DNA from: Candidatus Saccharimonadota bacterium
Lineage (GTDB): Archaea; Nanohalarchaeota; Nanosalinia; Nanosalinales; Nanosalinaceae
Direction: 5' to 3'
NCBI RefSeq assembly: GCF_047555085.1
Contig: NZ_CP180230.1
Span: 60,001-92,000, forward strand
DNA length: 32,000 nucleotides
Shown: positions 7,910 to 16,563 of the stretch, piece by piece
How positions within the stretch are numbered: position 1 is the first letter of the stretch
How the letters are laid out: each line of letters opens with the position of its first letter
Position numbers and translations under genes: made by a program
Notes under the pieces: model-generated
What the model saw: the letters and a program-made list of their open reading frames with translations, nothing else
What the model was told of the DNA's origin: nothing
The model's database searches: none

Positions 7910-10900
7910 ATGTACAGAAAACTGATTCTGGCACTTTGTATAGCGGGCCTTGTATCCCTAGCTTCAGCTAACTCCTTGGACTCTGTAGAGTTTGATGAGC
8001 TGCCTACGGCATGGGAGACGGGAGAAGATCTTGAATTTTCTGTAGAGGCCTATGGAACAAGTATCGACAGGATGCTTTTTCAGTCCCGTCATCCGGGAGA
8101 CCTTCTCTTCGATACCAGGAGTGAGAACTTCTGCCAGAATCAGGATACATGCACATGGACTTTTGATCATACAGAGTATTCGGAGGGTACTTGGGAGTAT
8201 CGTTTCAGAGCCTATGCCGGCGAGGCAAGGAAAAATTCGGATAAATATCAGCAAGTAACTTACATTGATAATCTTGATTACGGTGTTTCATGGACTGAAA
8301 GGCCTCCGGAGAATTCCCAGAGAGGAGAAAGCGTTGAGATGTCTGTTACTGCATCGGATGATGCCTCACGTTTTGATACGGAAGGAGTCCTGAAGTTACA
8401 GTACCGCAATGATAACAATGAATGGGAGACTTTTGATACACGTGAGTGTTCATCATCTTCAACAGCGAATACCTGTTCAAATCAGGGATCCACTCAGTTA
8501 GACAGTGGAAAAATTCAAGACGGTGAAGCTACTTTCAGAGGCCTTGTAGAGTTCAGAGGGGGAGTTACAGCTAGCTCTGAACCTGCCACGGTAAGCGTGG
8601 AAAATCCATCGAACGTTGATAGGGTAGTCATTCGTAATCTGCCTTCTATGCATCCTGAACAGACGGATCTGGATCTTTATGGAGAGGCCTCTGGAACTAA
8701 TCTTGAGGAACTGATTTTGCGCTGGAGGCCTGTTGATGGGATTCAGTGGAATAGGATAAAGTCTACGAGCTGTAGCGGCGATTACTGCGATATATCTAAA
8801 GATAATTATGAGCATCCGAGGGCAGAGACTGTAGAGATACAGGCCTTAGGACGTGCCGGCGATAGCGAGAAAAAGGATACAGAAATTGTCGAGTTCACAG
8901 AGACTGACGACGGAGAGGTCGATGAGGTAGATCTTGATAATCTTCCGGATAGACAGAACGTTGATAACGATCTTGAAGTCACAGGTGATGCTTCGGGTAC
9001 TGAGCTTGACAGGATAATTTTACAGAAAAGAGAGCCAAATGATGACTGGGAGAGGGTCACAAGCCAGGGCTGCAGCAACAACGATGAATGCGACTTCGAG
9101 TACGATTACGAGCATGATTCGGAGCAGGAAGTTGACTTCAGGCTCCGTGCGGAGGCAGGAGATGATGGACGGAACAGTAACACTGAATCAGTAGAGTTCT
9201 ACGAATCTGACAGCATTGACAGTGTTGATATAGAGAATCTTCCGGATGAATGGAGTACGGATGAAGAACTTGAGATAGAGGCCTCTGCCGAAGGAGACGA
9301 CTTGGATGAGCTGATAGTCCAGGAGTCAGACAGAGATGAAGATGACTGGAGCCAGGTAGAGGACTACAACTGCGACGGTGATGATAACTGCGATTTCACT
9401 GCAGATTACACTGCAGACAGTGAAGAAGAGAAAGATTTCCGCGTAAAAGCTATAGCAGAGGACGGTGATGAAGACTACTCTGATGTAGAAGAAGTAGATT
9501 TTGTGGAAGATCCTGATACGATCGATTCCGTTGAAATAGATAACTTGCCGTCCAATCATCCTGTAGATGATTCTCTACAGATCAGTGGAGATGCCGAAGG
9601 CCGGAATCTTGACAGGCTTGAAGTACAGTACAGGGATCCTGGTGACAACTGGGAAGAACTTGATGATACAGACTGCGACAACGATGATTCATGCAGTATA
9701 TCGACGGATTACACTGCTGAAAATGAACAAACCAAACAGTTCCGTATCAAGGCCTTTGTCAGCGGCGACGAAGAATCATCCGATACTGAAGAAGTGAACT
9801 TTGTACAGGACGCTGATACTGTCGACTCGGTCCAGATAGATAATCTGCCCTCGACTCATCCTGTAGACGATTCGCTTCAGATTACAGGAGACGCAACAGG
9901 AACAGATCTTGAAAGACTTGAACTCCAGTATAGAAATCCTGGCGGAGACTGGGAACAGCTTTCGGACGAAGACTGTAACAATCAGGACTCATGCAGTATA
10001 CAGACAAGTTACACGGCAGACAGTCAGGAAACTGTACAGTTCCGTATAAAGGCCTTCACACAGGATGATTCCAGAACTTCGGGAACAGAAGAAGTACAGT
10101 TCCAGGAACCTGTCGATTCTGTCAGCACAGTAAATCTCTATGATCTTCCTGTAAGGCATCCTGTAGGAGAGGAACTTGAGATAGAAGGGGATGCAACAGG
10201 AGAAAGTCTTACAGAGATAGCAGTAGAGAAAAAAGAAGACGGAGACTGGAGCGATCTGAAAACTAAAGACTGTGAAGGGAGAAACGACTGCAGCATAAAA
10301 GCAGTATTCGAGGCCTCTACAGAGAAAGACGTAAGCTTCCGTATAAGAGCAGAAACAGGAGATGAACAGCAGACAACAGATTCGCGTAAAATTGAATTCT
10401 ACAGGCCTGAAAGAATAGATTCTGTAACAATAAACGATTTGCCTTCAAACTACGACGAAGGCCAGGCCCTCAGTATCCAAGGAGAGGCCTCTGGAAGAAA
10501 TCTGGACCAGATAAAAATACTTACACGCCATGTAGACGATATATCATGGGATACAGTATCTTCCAAAAGCTGTACTGGAGATAGTTGTTCAATTCAGGCA
10601 GATTATACTGCTGATAGCGAAGAGAGGAGGGAATTTGTCGTAAGAAGCTCTGCAGGAGGGGAAGACAAGTTTTCGGGTATACAGGTAGTGGACTTCAGAG
10701 CGGTACAGTCTCCCGAAGTTAGTTCTGTAACTATAGATAATCTTCCATCCTCATATCCTCTGGATCAGGACCTCGAGGTAACAGGAGAGGCCTCGGGTAC
10801 ACAGCTCGATGAGATGAAGGTTCAGTACAGGACTGATGGAGACTGGCAGGATCTTGGATCCTCCAGCTGTTCAGGATCATCATGCAGTATAACTGAAGAT

Positions 10901-13114
10901 TTCAGTACTGATGAGGAGCAGGAAGTAGATTTCCGTGTCAAAGCCTTCGCGGGAGATGATGAAAGAACATCATCTATGGAAACTGTAAGCTTTGAGGCCG
11001 AGCCAGATCCTGTAGTTGAAAGCGTTGAAATATCAGATCTTCCTTCCACACACCCTGTAGGCCAAGGCCTTGATATAGATGGAGAGGCGACAGGCATAGA
11101 TCTCGAGTCTATAGAGATCCAGAAAAGGCCTGAAGGCGGAAGCGACTGGACTGAAGTTGATTCAAGAAGCTGCTCGGGAAGTTCATGCAGCATAACTGAA
11201 CAGATAACTCAGGGAGAAGAAGGTAGTTTGGAGTTCCGTGTATCAGCCGCAGCAGGAAACTCTCTGGAGAACTCAAGTATAGAGACTGTAGAGTTCACAG
11301 AGGATGAACAGGAGCCTCAGCCTGAAATAGAAAGTGTAGATCTCGGTGAACTGCCTTCAAGATATGAAGCCGGCAAAGTGCTGGAGATCGATGCATCAGC
11401 CTCTGGATCAGAGCTTGAATCCTTGAGAGTACTTGAAAGGCCTGTTGATGGAGTACAGTGGAGCGAAGTGGATTCTGTTAGCTGTTCAGGTAGCTCATGT
11501 ACTCTGGAAACAGAGTATATCCGTTCATCTGAAGAGGTCTTAGAATTCGTTGCAGAGGCCTCTACACAGGACTCGATCAGAAGATCGGGCAAAGAGGTGG
11601 TCGACTTTTACGACGTTGAAGATACTGATAACGGTGACGATGATGACGACGTTGAAGATGACGGAGAAGAAGAGTCTGAAGAGGCCGAGCTTGATGTAGA
11701 AGTTGAAGACAGGGATAACAACGAACTGGAAAACGTTAGAATAGAGGCACAGAACGGTGAAGACAAGGTAAGATATACTAACAGCAATGGCAGAGTCAGC
11801 ATGGATCTGGAGCCTGGAGAGTACGAAGTAGAGGCCTCCAAAGAAGGTTACATGACTGAAACACGTGACGTGGATCTTGAGGCAGGCGAAGAAGAGGAGC
11901 TAGAGTTCAGGCTCCGTGAAGAAGGATTCGGTGTAAAAGTTTCAAGCATTAGCTCAGAGGCCTCAGTATGTGAAGGCGAAGATCTTGAAGTCAGTGCTGT
12001 ACTGTCAAATATAAGAGAAAGCGATCAGACAGTGGCTGTATACATAGAAGGGCCCGGAGAATCCAGGACAAGGACTCTTGATATAGATGGAGAAGGTGTA
12101 GCTGAAGTAGAGCTTGTGCTTGAATCTGTGGAAGGCCTTGGTGAAAAAGAGATAACAGTAGTGGCAGAGAATGATGGTAGATCTTCCAAGAGTAAAGAAA
12201 TAGATGTAGAAGACTGTGATGATGACAGCGATATCCAGAGAAATGTTCCTACCGGTATAACGGCATCTGTAAATCCTAAAACTGTTCTTGCAGGTGAAAA
12301 AGTAAGGATAAGAGGCGACATACAGAACGTTAGAACTTCAAAGCAGGTGGAAGTACTGGAGAATGGCGATGCCAGAGTAAATGTTCCATCTTCCAGAAAC
12401 GGAAATTATCAGGCATTCGTGACTCTGAACAGTGTAGGTATGACAGAGATAACTGCAAGGACGCAGGGCGGAGTATCTGCTACAAGGACTGTTGAAGTGC
12501 TTCCTAACTCTCATGTAAATCCTATGAAGGCGCCAGATATGGTGGTGCAGGGTGAAAAGTTTGAGGTATGTGCACAGGTACAGTCAGAAGTAGTACCTAG
12601 AGTAGTACTGGAAAGAGATGGAGAAGTAGTTGACACGGCAGATGAGAAGGGCGAAGTATGCTTCACTCAGACTGCATCGGAATCCGGCGATAGAATCTAT
12701 ACGATGAGAGCAGTAACATCCGGCTCAGGATCCTCAGTCTCCAAGAACATAGAAATAATAGAGGCCGGGAACGAAGTAGAGAACTTCCCGGGAAGCATAA
12801 CCTCGATAGAGACAGAGCCAGGCCTAGCCAAAGTAACACTCTACAACAAGGATTCGAAGGTATCGACATACGACCTTGAAGCAGAAGGCCTTTCGGAGAG
12901 AGAAATATCACAGAGCTCCCGGCAGAAAGTCCTGGCTCCAGGAGAGAAAGAAATCGTGTACTTCTACGTGAATCCTTCAACGCCTGGAACAGAAACTCTT
13001 CATATAGAGATCTCAAAGGATAATGAGTTGCTGGAATCCAGAACTGTTAATCTGAGGACAGCAGAGAGGCCTACGGAGAAAAAGAGTTTCTGGAGCAGCT
13101 TAGGCCTCTTTTAG
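7910..13114 (+). CDS. Giant secreted surface or adhesin-like protein. It has a Sec signal peptide, 12 tandem ~100-aa two-Cys Ig-like repeats, a poly-acidic linker, a carboxypeptidase-regulatory-like beta-sandwich, CARDB/Big-like domains and a conserved C-terminal module
   Basis: Track ORF 7901..13114 (1737 aa). I prefer the ATG at 7910 (MYRKLILALCIAGLVSLASA/NS), which is preceded by ggtgggtga. The repeat consensus is about VDSVxIDNLPSxHPVDxxLxIxGDAxGxxLxxLElQyRxxxxdWexl...C-x4-6-C-SI...FRIKAF...EEVxF. The linker reads DTDNGDDDDDVEDDGEEESEEAE. The PEGA/CarboxypepD_reg-like segment reads VRIEAQNGEDKVRYTNSNGRVSMDLEPGEYEVEASKEGY. Confidence 0.85.
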   Translation: MYRKLILALCIAGLVSLASANSLDSVEFDELPTAWETGEDLEFSVEAYGTSIDRMLFQSRHPGDLLFDTRSENFCQNQDTCTWTFDHTEYSEGTWEYRFRAYAGEARKNSDKYQQVTYIDNLDYGVSWTERPPENSQRGESVEMSVTASDDASRFDTEGVLKLQYRNDNNEWETFDTRECSSSSTANTCSNQGSTQLDSGKIQDGEATFRGLVEFRGGVTASSEPATVSVENPSNVDRVVIRNLPSMHPEQTDLDLYGEASGTNLEELILRWRPVDGIQWNRIKSTSCSGDYCDISKDNYEHPRAETVEIQALGRAGDSEKKDTEIVEFTETDDGEVDEVDLDNLPDRQNVDNDLEVTGDASGTELDRIILQKREPNDDWERVTSQGCSNNDECDFEYDYEHDSEQEVDFRLRAEAGDDGRNSNTESVEFYESDSIDSVDIENLPDEWSTDEELEIEASAEGDDLDELIVQESDRDEDDWSQVEDYNCDGDDNCDFTADYTADSEEEKDFRVKAIAEDGDEDYSDVEEVDFVEDPDTIDSVEIDNLPSNHPVDDSLQISGDAEGRNLDRLEVQYRDPGDNWEELDDTDCDNDDSCSISTDYTAENEQTKQFRIKAFVSGDEESSDTEEVNFVQDADTVDSVQIDNLPSTHPVDDSLQITGDATGTDLERLELQYRNPGGDWEQLSDEDCNNQDSCSIQTSYTADSQETVQFRIKAFTQDDSRTSGTEEVQFQEPVDSVSTVNLYDLPVRHPVGEELEIEGDATGESLTEIAVEKKEDGDWSDLKTKDCEGRNDCSIKAVFEASTEKDVSFRIRAETGDEQQTTDSRKIEFYRPERIDSVTINDLPSNYDEGQALSIQGEASGRNLDQIKILTRHVDDISWDTVSSKSCTGDSCSIQADYTADSEERREFVVRSSAGGEDKFSGIQVVDFRAVQSPEVSSVTIDNLPSSYPLDQDLEVTGEASGTQLDEMKVQYRTDGDWQDLGSSSCSGSSCSITEDFSTDEEQEVDFRVKAFAGDDERTSSMETVSFEAEPDPVVESVEISDLPSTHPVGQGLDIDGEATGIDLESIEIQKRPEGGSDWTEVDSRSCSGSSCSITEQITQGEEGSLEFRVSAAAGNSLENSSIETVEFTEDEQEPQPEIESVDLGELPSRYEAGKVLEIDASASGSELESLRVLERPVDGVQWSEVDSVSCSGSSCTLETEYIRSSEEVLEFVAEASTQDSIRRSGKEVVDFYDVEDTDNGDDDDDVEDDGEEESEEAELDVEVEDRDNNELENVRIEAQNGEDKVRYTNSNGRVSMDLEPGEYEVEASKEGYMTETRDVDLEAGEEEELEFRLREEGFGVKVSSISSEASVCEGEDLEVSAVLSNIRESDQTVAVYIEGPGESRTRTLDIDGEGVAEVELVLESVEGLGEKEITVVAENDGRSSKSKEIDVEDCDDDSDIQRNVPTGITASVNPKTVLAGEKVRIRGDIQNVRTSKQVEVLENGDARVNVPSSRNGNYQAFVTLNSVGMTEITARTQGGVSATRTVEVLPNSHVNPMKAPDMVVQGEKFEVCAQVQSEVVPRVVLERDGEVVDTADEKGEVCFTQTASESGDRIYTMRAVTSGSGSSVSKNIEIIEAGNEVENFPGSITSIETEPGLAKVTLYNKDSKVSTYDLEAEGLSEREISQSSRQKVLAPGEKEIVYFYVNPSTPGTETLHIEISKDNELLESRTVNLRTAERPTEKKSFWSSLGLF
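7976..11614 (+). repeat. Twelve tandem coding repeats (period about 290-340 nt, exactly 300 nt between units 6 and 7) inside the adhesin gene
   Basis: Each unit has one C-x(4-9)-C pair: CQNQDTC, CSSSSTANTC, CSGDYC, CSNNDEC, CDGDDNC, CDNDDSC, CNNQDSC, CEGRNDC, CTGDSC and three copies of CSGSSC. The anchor words gattccgttgaaatagataa (9524) and gactcggtccagatagataa (9824) are 300 nt apart. DNA identity between neighbouring units is only about 70% by eye, and the longest identical runs are about 12 nt. Confidence 0.85.
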
Positions 13115-13156
13115 CTGTTTCAGTTCTTTTTCTTGTTTTGGTGTCACTATCGAATG

Positions 13157-13193
13157 ATATATAAAAATAAATGTAGGTGTTATTAACAGGTGA
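13157..13193 (+). promoter_or_regulatory. Putative TATA box plus Shine-Dalgarno-like site for the 583-aa gene
   Basis: atatataaaaataa at 13157-13170. aggtga at 13188-13193 lies 9 nt before the ATG at 13203 and is complementary to the conserved 16S 3' end motif. Confidence 0.5.
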
Positions 13194-13202
13194 CAATAAA
13201 TA

Positions 13203-14954
13203 ATGCGTTTCGATAAACTGGTAGTTGCAACCTTCCTAATTGTAATGGCCACAGGAGTGGCTACTGCGAGCACAGCAGAACTTGATATTTTTCCAAAAGA
13301 ATCTTCCACGATGGTTGATTCATTCACGTCCTATGAGCTGAAGGTTACCAACACAGGTACTACAGAAGACAGGTATCATCTTTCATCAACTCATTCTAGC
13401 GAGATTGAGATAGCTCCAAGACAGATTCCCGAGACCGGGAATCTTGAGCCTGGAGAGTCGGAGACAGCACAGATCTGGTTCAATCCTGATCTCGACAGAG
13501 AAGAAGGAAGATACGATTTCACACTAACAGCTACTTCACAGGCCTCACAGGAGGATTATCGTGTCTCTGGAACAGTAGAAGTAATCAGAGAACACGATGT
13601 AAATCTTGAAGTAGAAAGCCCTGGATCAGTCTGTAGAGGAGAAGAGGCAAAGTACACTGTGTTTGTAACAAACGGAGGAACACAGGCAGAAACATTCAGA
13701 CTTACTTCTGAGGGAGGACAGCTTTCCCAGAATCGTGTGACAGTTGATTCAGGCAGTACAGAAACAGTTGGCCTTACAAGATCATCAGATATAGCTGTGA
13801 CAGACAGAGCATTCACAATAGAGGCCTCATCGACTTCAAGCTACGCAGATGATGCGGTATCAACATCTTTCATAGTTGAAAGCTGCTATGAGACTGATAC
13901 AACAATCTCCCCTCAGAATCAGAGGGCTGCAGCATTTACAGAGGTCTCATATGATGTAACAGTCACTAACGAGGGAACAAGATCAGTCAATGTTCCTCTG
14001 TCAACTAATTACGGAGAGCTTGAAGACAGCGAGCTAAGTATTGCTTCAGGAGACTCCAAGACAACAGAGCTAACTTATACTCCTGAAGAACTTGGAACAC
14101 AGACTCTTGAAGTCGAAGTAGGAGGCGAAGCACCTAGCTCAGCCTCTGCATCACTTGAAGTATACAACGGACAGGACGTATCCGTAGAATACAGTTCAAG
14201 CACTCAGGACGTATGTGAAGCACAGCAGTTCGAGAAGCGTGTAACTCTGGAGAACACAGGAGAGGCCTCTGACACGTATGATGTCTCAGTTAACAGAGGA
14301 AATCTCTCCGAGTCAGAAGTCCAGCTCGATCCTGGAGAGGAAAGAAGACTTGAGATCGGATTCGACTCCAGTGAATACGAGGTCGGTGAAAGCTATGAAG
14401 TTGAGACAACAGTTCAGTCACAGACATTTGATGAGCCAGAGAAGACAGCTACATCAACTTTCACTGTAGAGAACTGTTACGACCTTGAGATGGATGTTAT
14501 TCCGAACATCCAGAGTGCAGGAGAGAACAGAAGCGTCCTCTACGAGATACACCTAGAGAACACAGGAACAGCACAGAATACTTACAGTGTATCTGCAGAA
14601 GGACCTGACTGGATCTCAGTAAGGCCTACACAGGTAACAGTCCTGCCGGGAGAGACAGAGAAGTCATATATCTACGCAGGAATCCCTTACAACCAGACAG
14701 ATGGAACACTGGAGATCACAGCAACAGCAGAAGGAGAAATGGTTGAGAAATCAGAGACTGTTGAACTAGTCATAGGAGAAGAAGTCAGAGACTCCATCGA
14801 AAGTCCAGAAGGAGGATCGCTGACAGGAAAGTTCTTCTCCTCAATCTCGGGCCTATTCGGATCACTGACAGCAGCAGGAAACGGAACAAAGCTACTGATC
14901 TCACTGCTGGCAGGCCTACTGATCTCAGCAGCAATCCTGTACAGGGAATGGTAA
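13203..14954 (+). CDS. Secreted CARDB-type multi-domain surface protein (583 aa) with a C-terminal TM anchor
   Basis: Signal peptide MRFDKLVVATFLIVMATGVATAST. Five ~105-aa units each carry the CARDB/NEW3-like strand (KVTNTGTTEDRY, FVTNGGTQAETF, TVTNEGTRSVNV, TLENTGEASDTY, HLENTGTAQNTY). There are four Cys. The C-terminus reads SGLFGSLTAAGNGTKLLISLLAGLLISAAILYREW. Confidence 0.8.
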   Translation: MRFDKLVVATFLIVMATGVATASTAELDIFPKESSTMVDSFTSYELKVTNTGTTEDRYHLSSTHSSEIEIAPRQIPETGNLEPGESETAQIWFNPDLDREEGRYDFTLTATSQASQEDYRVSGTVEVIREHDVNLEVESPGSVCRGEEAKYTVFVTNGGTQAETFRLTSEGGQLSQNRVTVDSGSTETVGLTRSSDIAVTDRAFTIEASSTSSYADDAVSTSFIVESCYETDTTISPQNQRAAAFTEVSYDVTVTNEGTRSVNVPLSTNYGELEDSELSIASGDSKTTELTYTPEELGTQTLEVEVGGEAPSSASASLEVYNGQDVSVEYSSSTQDVCEAQQFEKRVTLENTGEASDTYDVSVNRGNLSESEVQLDPGEERRLEIGFDSSEYEVGESYEVETTVQSQTFDEPEKTATSTFTVENCYDLEMDVIPNIQSAGENRSVLYEIHLENTGTAQNTYSVSAEGPDWISVRPTQVTVLPGETEKSYIYAGIPYNQTDGTLEITATAEGEMVEKSETVELVIGEEVRDSIESPEGGSLTGKFFSSISGLFGSLTAAGNGTKLLISLLAGLLISAAILYREW

Positions 14955-14988
14955 ATTCCCCGTTCATATCTTATTCTTCTTATCTTTT

Positions 14989-16554
14989 CTAGAAAGGAAG
15001 GCCTAGCATAAACATTCTTACAAAGTTATCAACAAAGCTGAATGCGTTTCGAGGAGGCCTTTCAGCTACACGTATTTCAACTGAGTCGCTGTAAATAATC
15101 TCTTTTTCGGTTTCAACTTCCAGAACTCCGGTGAAACTTCCAGGAGCCTCTGGAGAGGTGTAGAAGTATACGCTGTCTCTTTCACCCATACCAAGAGAGA
15201 CATTCTCTGAACTGCTTGAAACCCAACTATCCGAGATATCCTTAAGCCTTACAGAGTAGTTTCTGGCCTCGCTGTTTGTGTTGTACAGAGATACACGAAG
15301 CACGCCACCCTCCGTCTCAACCGTAGATATCTGTCCAGGAAAACTTTCAACCTCACTTCCCTGAGGCAGAACATCTACTGAAGTCTCTACATGATCGCTC
15401 TTGCCATACGTCAATGCACGCATCAGATAATTTTTCTCCCCGGCTTCTGAGGATGTGACATTGAAACAAACTTCCCCGTTACCGTTCTGCGATTCTACAA
15501 GCTTTTTATCCTCAAGCAGAACCACATCAGGCTCTATATCCGAGTTCACCTGTCCACATATCCGGAACTCTTCGCCGGCGAAAACTTTCTCCGGAGCAGT
15601 AACTGAGGAGATGTATGCTACCGGCACAACCCTCAGATCTTCAGAATCAAACTCTTTACCTGAAGTAGCAGTGACTGTCCTGACACCTGAGTTCTCAGGC
15701 CTGAAATAAGCCTCGAAGAAACCACCAGGATCCGATTCAACAGTGGCAACTTTCACTCCGTCAACAGTGATATTAACAGGTACAGGTCCTTGAGCACCAT
15801 CTGCATATCCACGGACACGTACAAGCTCATCTACAGAGGCCTCAGAATTCCCTCGTTCAGGATAGATCTCCATATCCACGTTATCTACAGAATCAGGGCT
15901 GCCAGGTATCTCACAGTCTTTCAGTCTTATTTCATCGCTTACCTCCTGATCCCAGCCGTTAAGATCTATACTGAAGCTTTTCAGGCCTTTTCCCGTGATT
16001 CCAGTAAATGTGAATCTGTATGTCTGTGATTCTCCTGCAGGAACTACAAAGGCCTTTCCTGAAAGTATCTTTCCGAATCCTGTTCCTGTAAGGCTTACGA
16101 TTTCATCTGTTTCCCCCTCGTTGCGGACTTCTACCTCTGCAGGGAAGCTTGTGGATGAGCAGACAGAGTTCGGAGCATCTATCTCTCCGAGAGCAACGTC
16201 CGATTCCTGTTCTTCAGGCTCGTCCTTCTGCATAGTGAAGAAGTATTCGACATCTTCATCCTCTTCGACAAAAATACTTCTCTCGATCGAAACATAGCCA
16301 TCACGGGAGATCAGCAGCTCGTAAGTACCGTCATCAAGATTGAAGGAGGCCTCGTTGACATTTGTCTCCTTGTAATCTGTATCAAGAACTTCTATATCAA
16401 GTTGATCAAGATTTTCACCTGAACTGGATCTTGCGTCAACAGTTATCTCTGCCGCAGCAGCTCCTGAAAAAAGCAGTAAAACAGTTACAAGTACGATTTT
16501 CTGGCCTGAAAACAGTTTTTCTCTTCTCACAGGGAAGATATTGTAAATCCTCAC
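14989..16554 (-). CDS. Secreted surface protein (521 aa), a paralogue of the C-terminal ~500 aa of the adhesin
   Basis: GTG start at 16554, or an internal GTG at 16530 that gives MRREKLFSGQKIVLVTVLLLFSGAAAA/E. A CarboxypepD_reg-like segment (DDGTYELLISRDGYVSIERSIFV) is followed by a CARDB-like strand (EVEVRNEGETDEIV) and a Big-like domain. The C-terminal ~200 aa align with the adhesin tail (see findings), and the four Cys sit at equivalent positions. Confidence 0.8.
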   Translation of the reverse strand: MRIYNIFPVRREKLFSGQKIVLVTVLLLFSGAAAAEITVDARSSSGENLDQLDIEVLDTDYKETNVNEASFNLDDGTYELLISRDGYVSIERSIFVEEDEDVEYFFTMQKDEPEEQESDVALGEIDAPNSVCSSTSFPAEVEVRNEGETDEIVSLTGTGFGKILSGKAFVVPAGESQTYRFTFTGITGKGLKSFSIDLNGWDQEVSDEIRLKDCEIPGSPDSVDNVDMEIYPERGNSEASVDELVRVRGYADGAQGPVPVNITVDGVKVATVESDPGGFFEAYFRPENSGVRTVTATSGKEFDSEDLRVVPVAYISSVTAPEKVFAGEEFRICGQVNSDIEPDVVLLEDKKLVESQNGNGEVCFNVTSSEAGEKNYLMRALTYGKSDHVETSVDVLPQGSEVESFPGQISTVETEGGVLRVSLYNTNSEARNYSVRLKDISDSWVSSSSENVSLGMGERDSVYFYTSPEAPGSFTGVLEVETEKEIIYSDSVEIRVAERPPRNAFSFVDNFVRMFMLGLPF

Positions 16555-16563
16555 TTAAACGAA

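Noticed and set aside
7976-11614. The regular ~300-nt periodicity as a CRISPR-like array, satellite or mobile-element repeat
   Set aside because: The periodicity lies within one uninterrupted ORF. The units are only about 70% identical at the DNA level but conserved at the protein level, so these are protein domain repeats and not a DNA-level repeat element.
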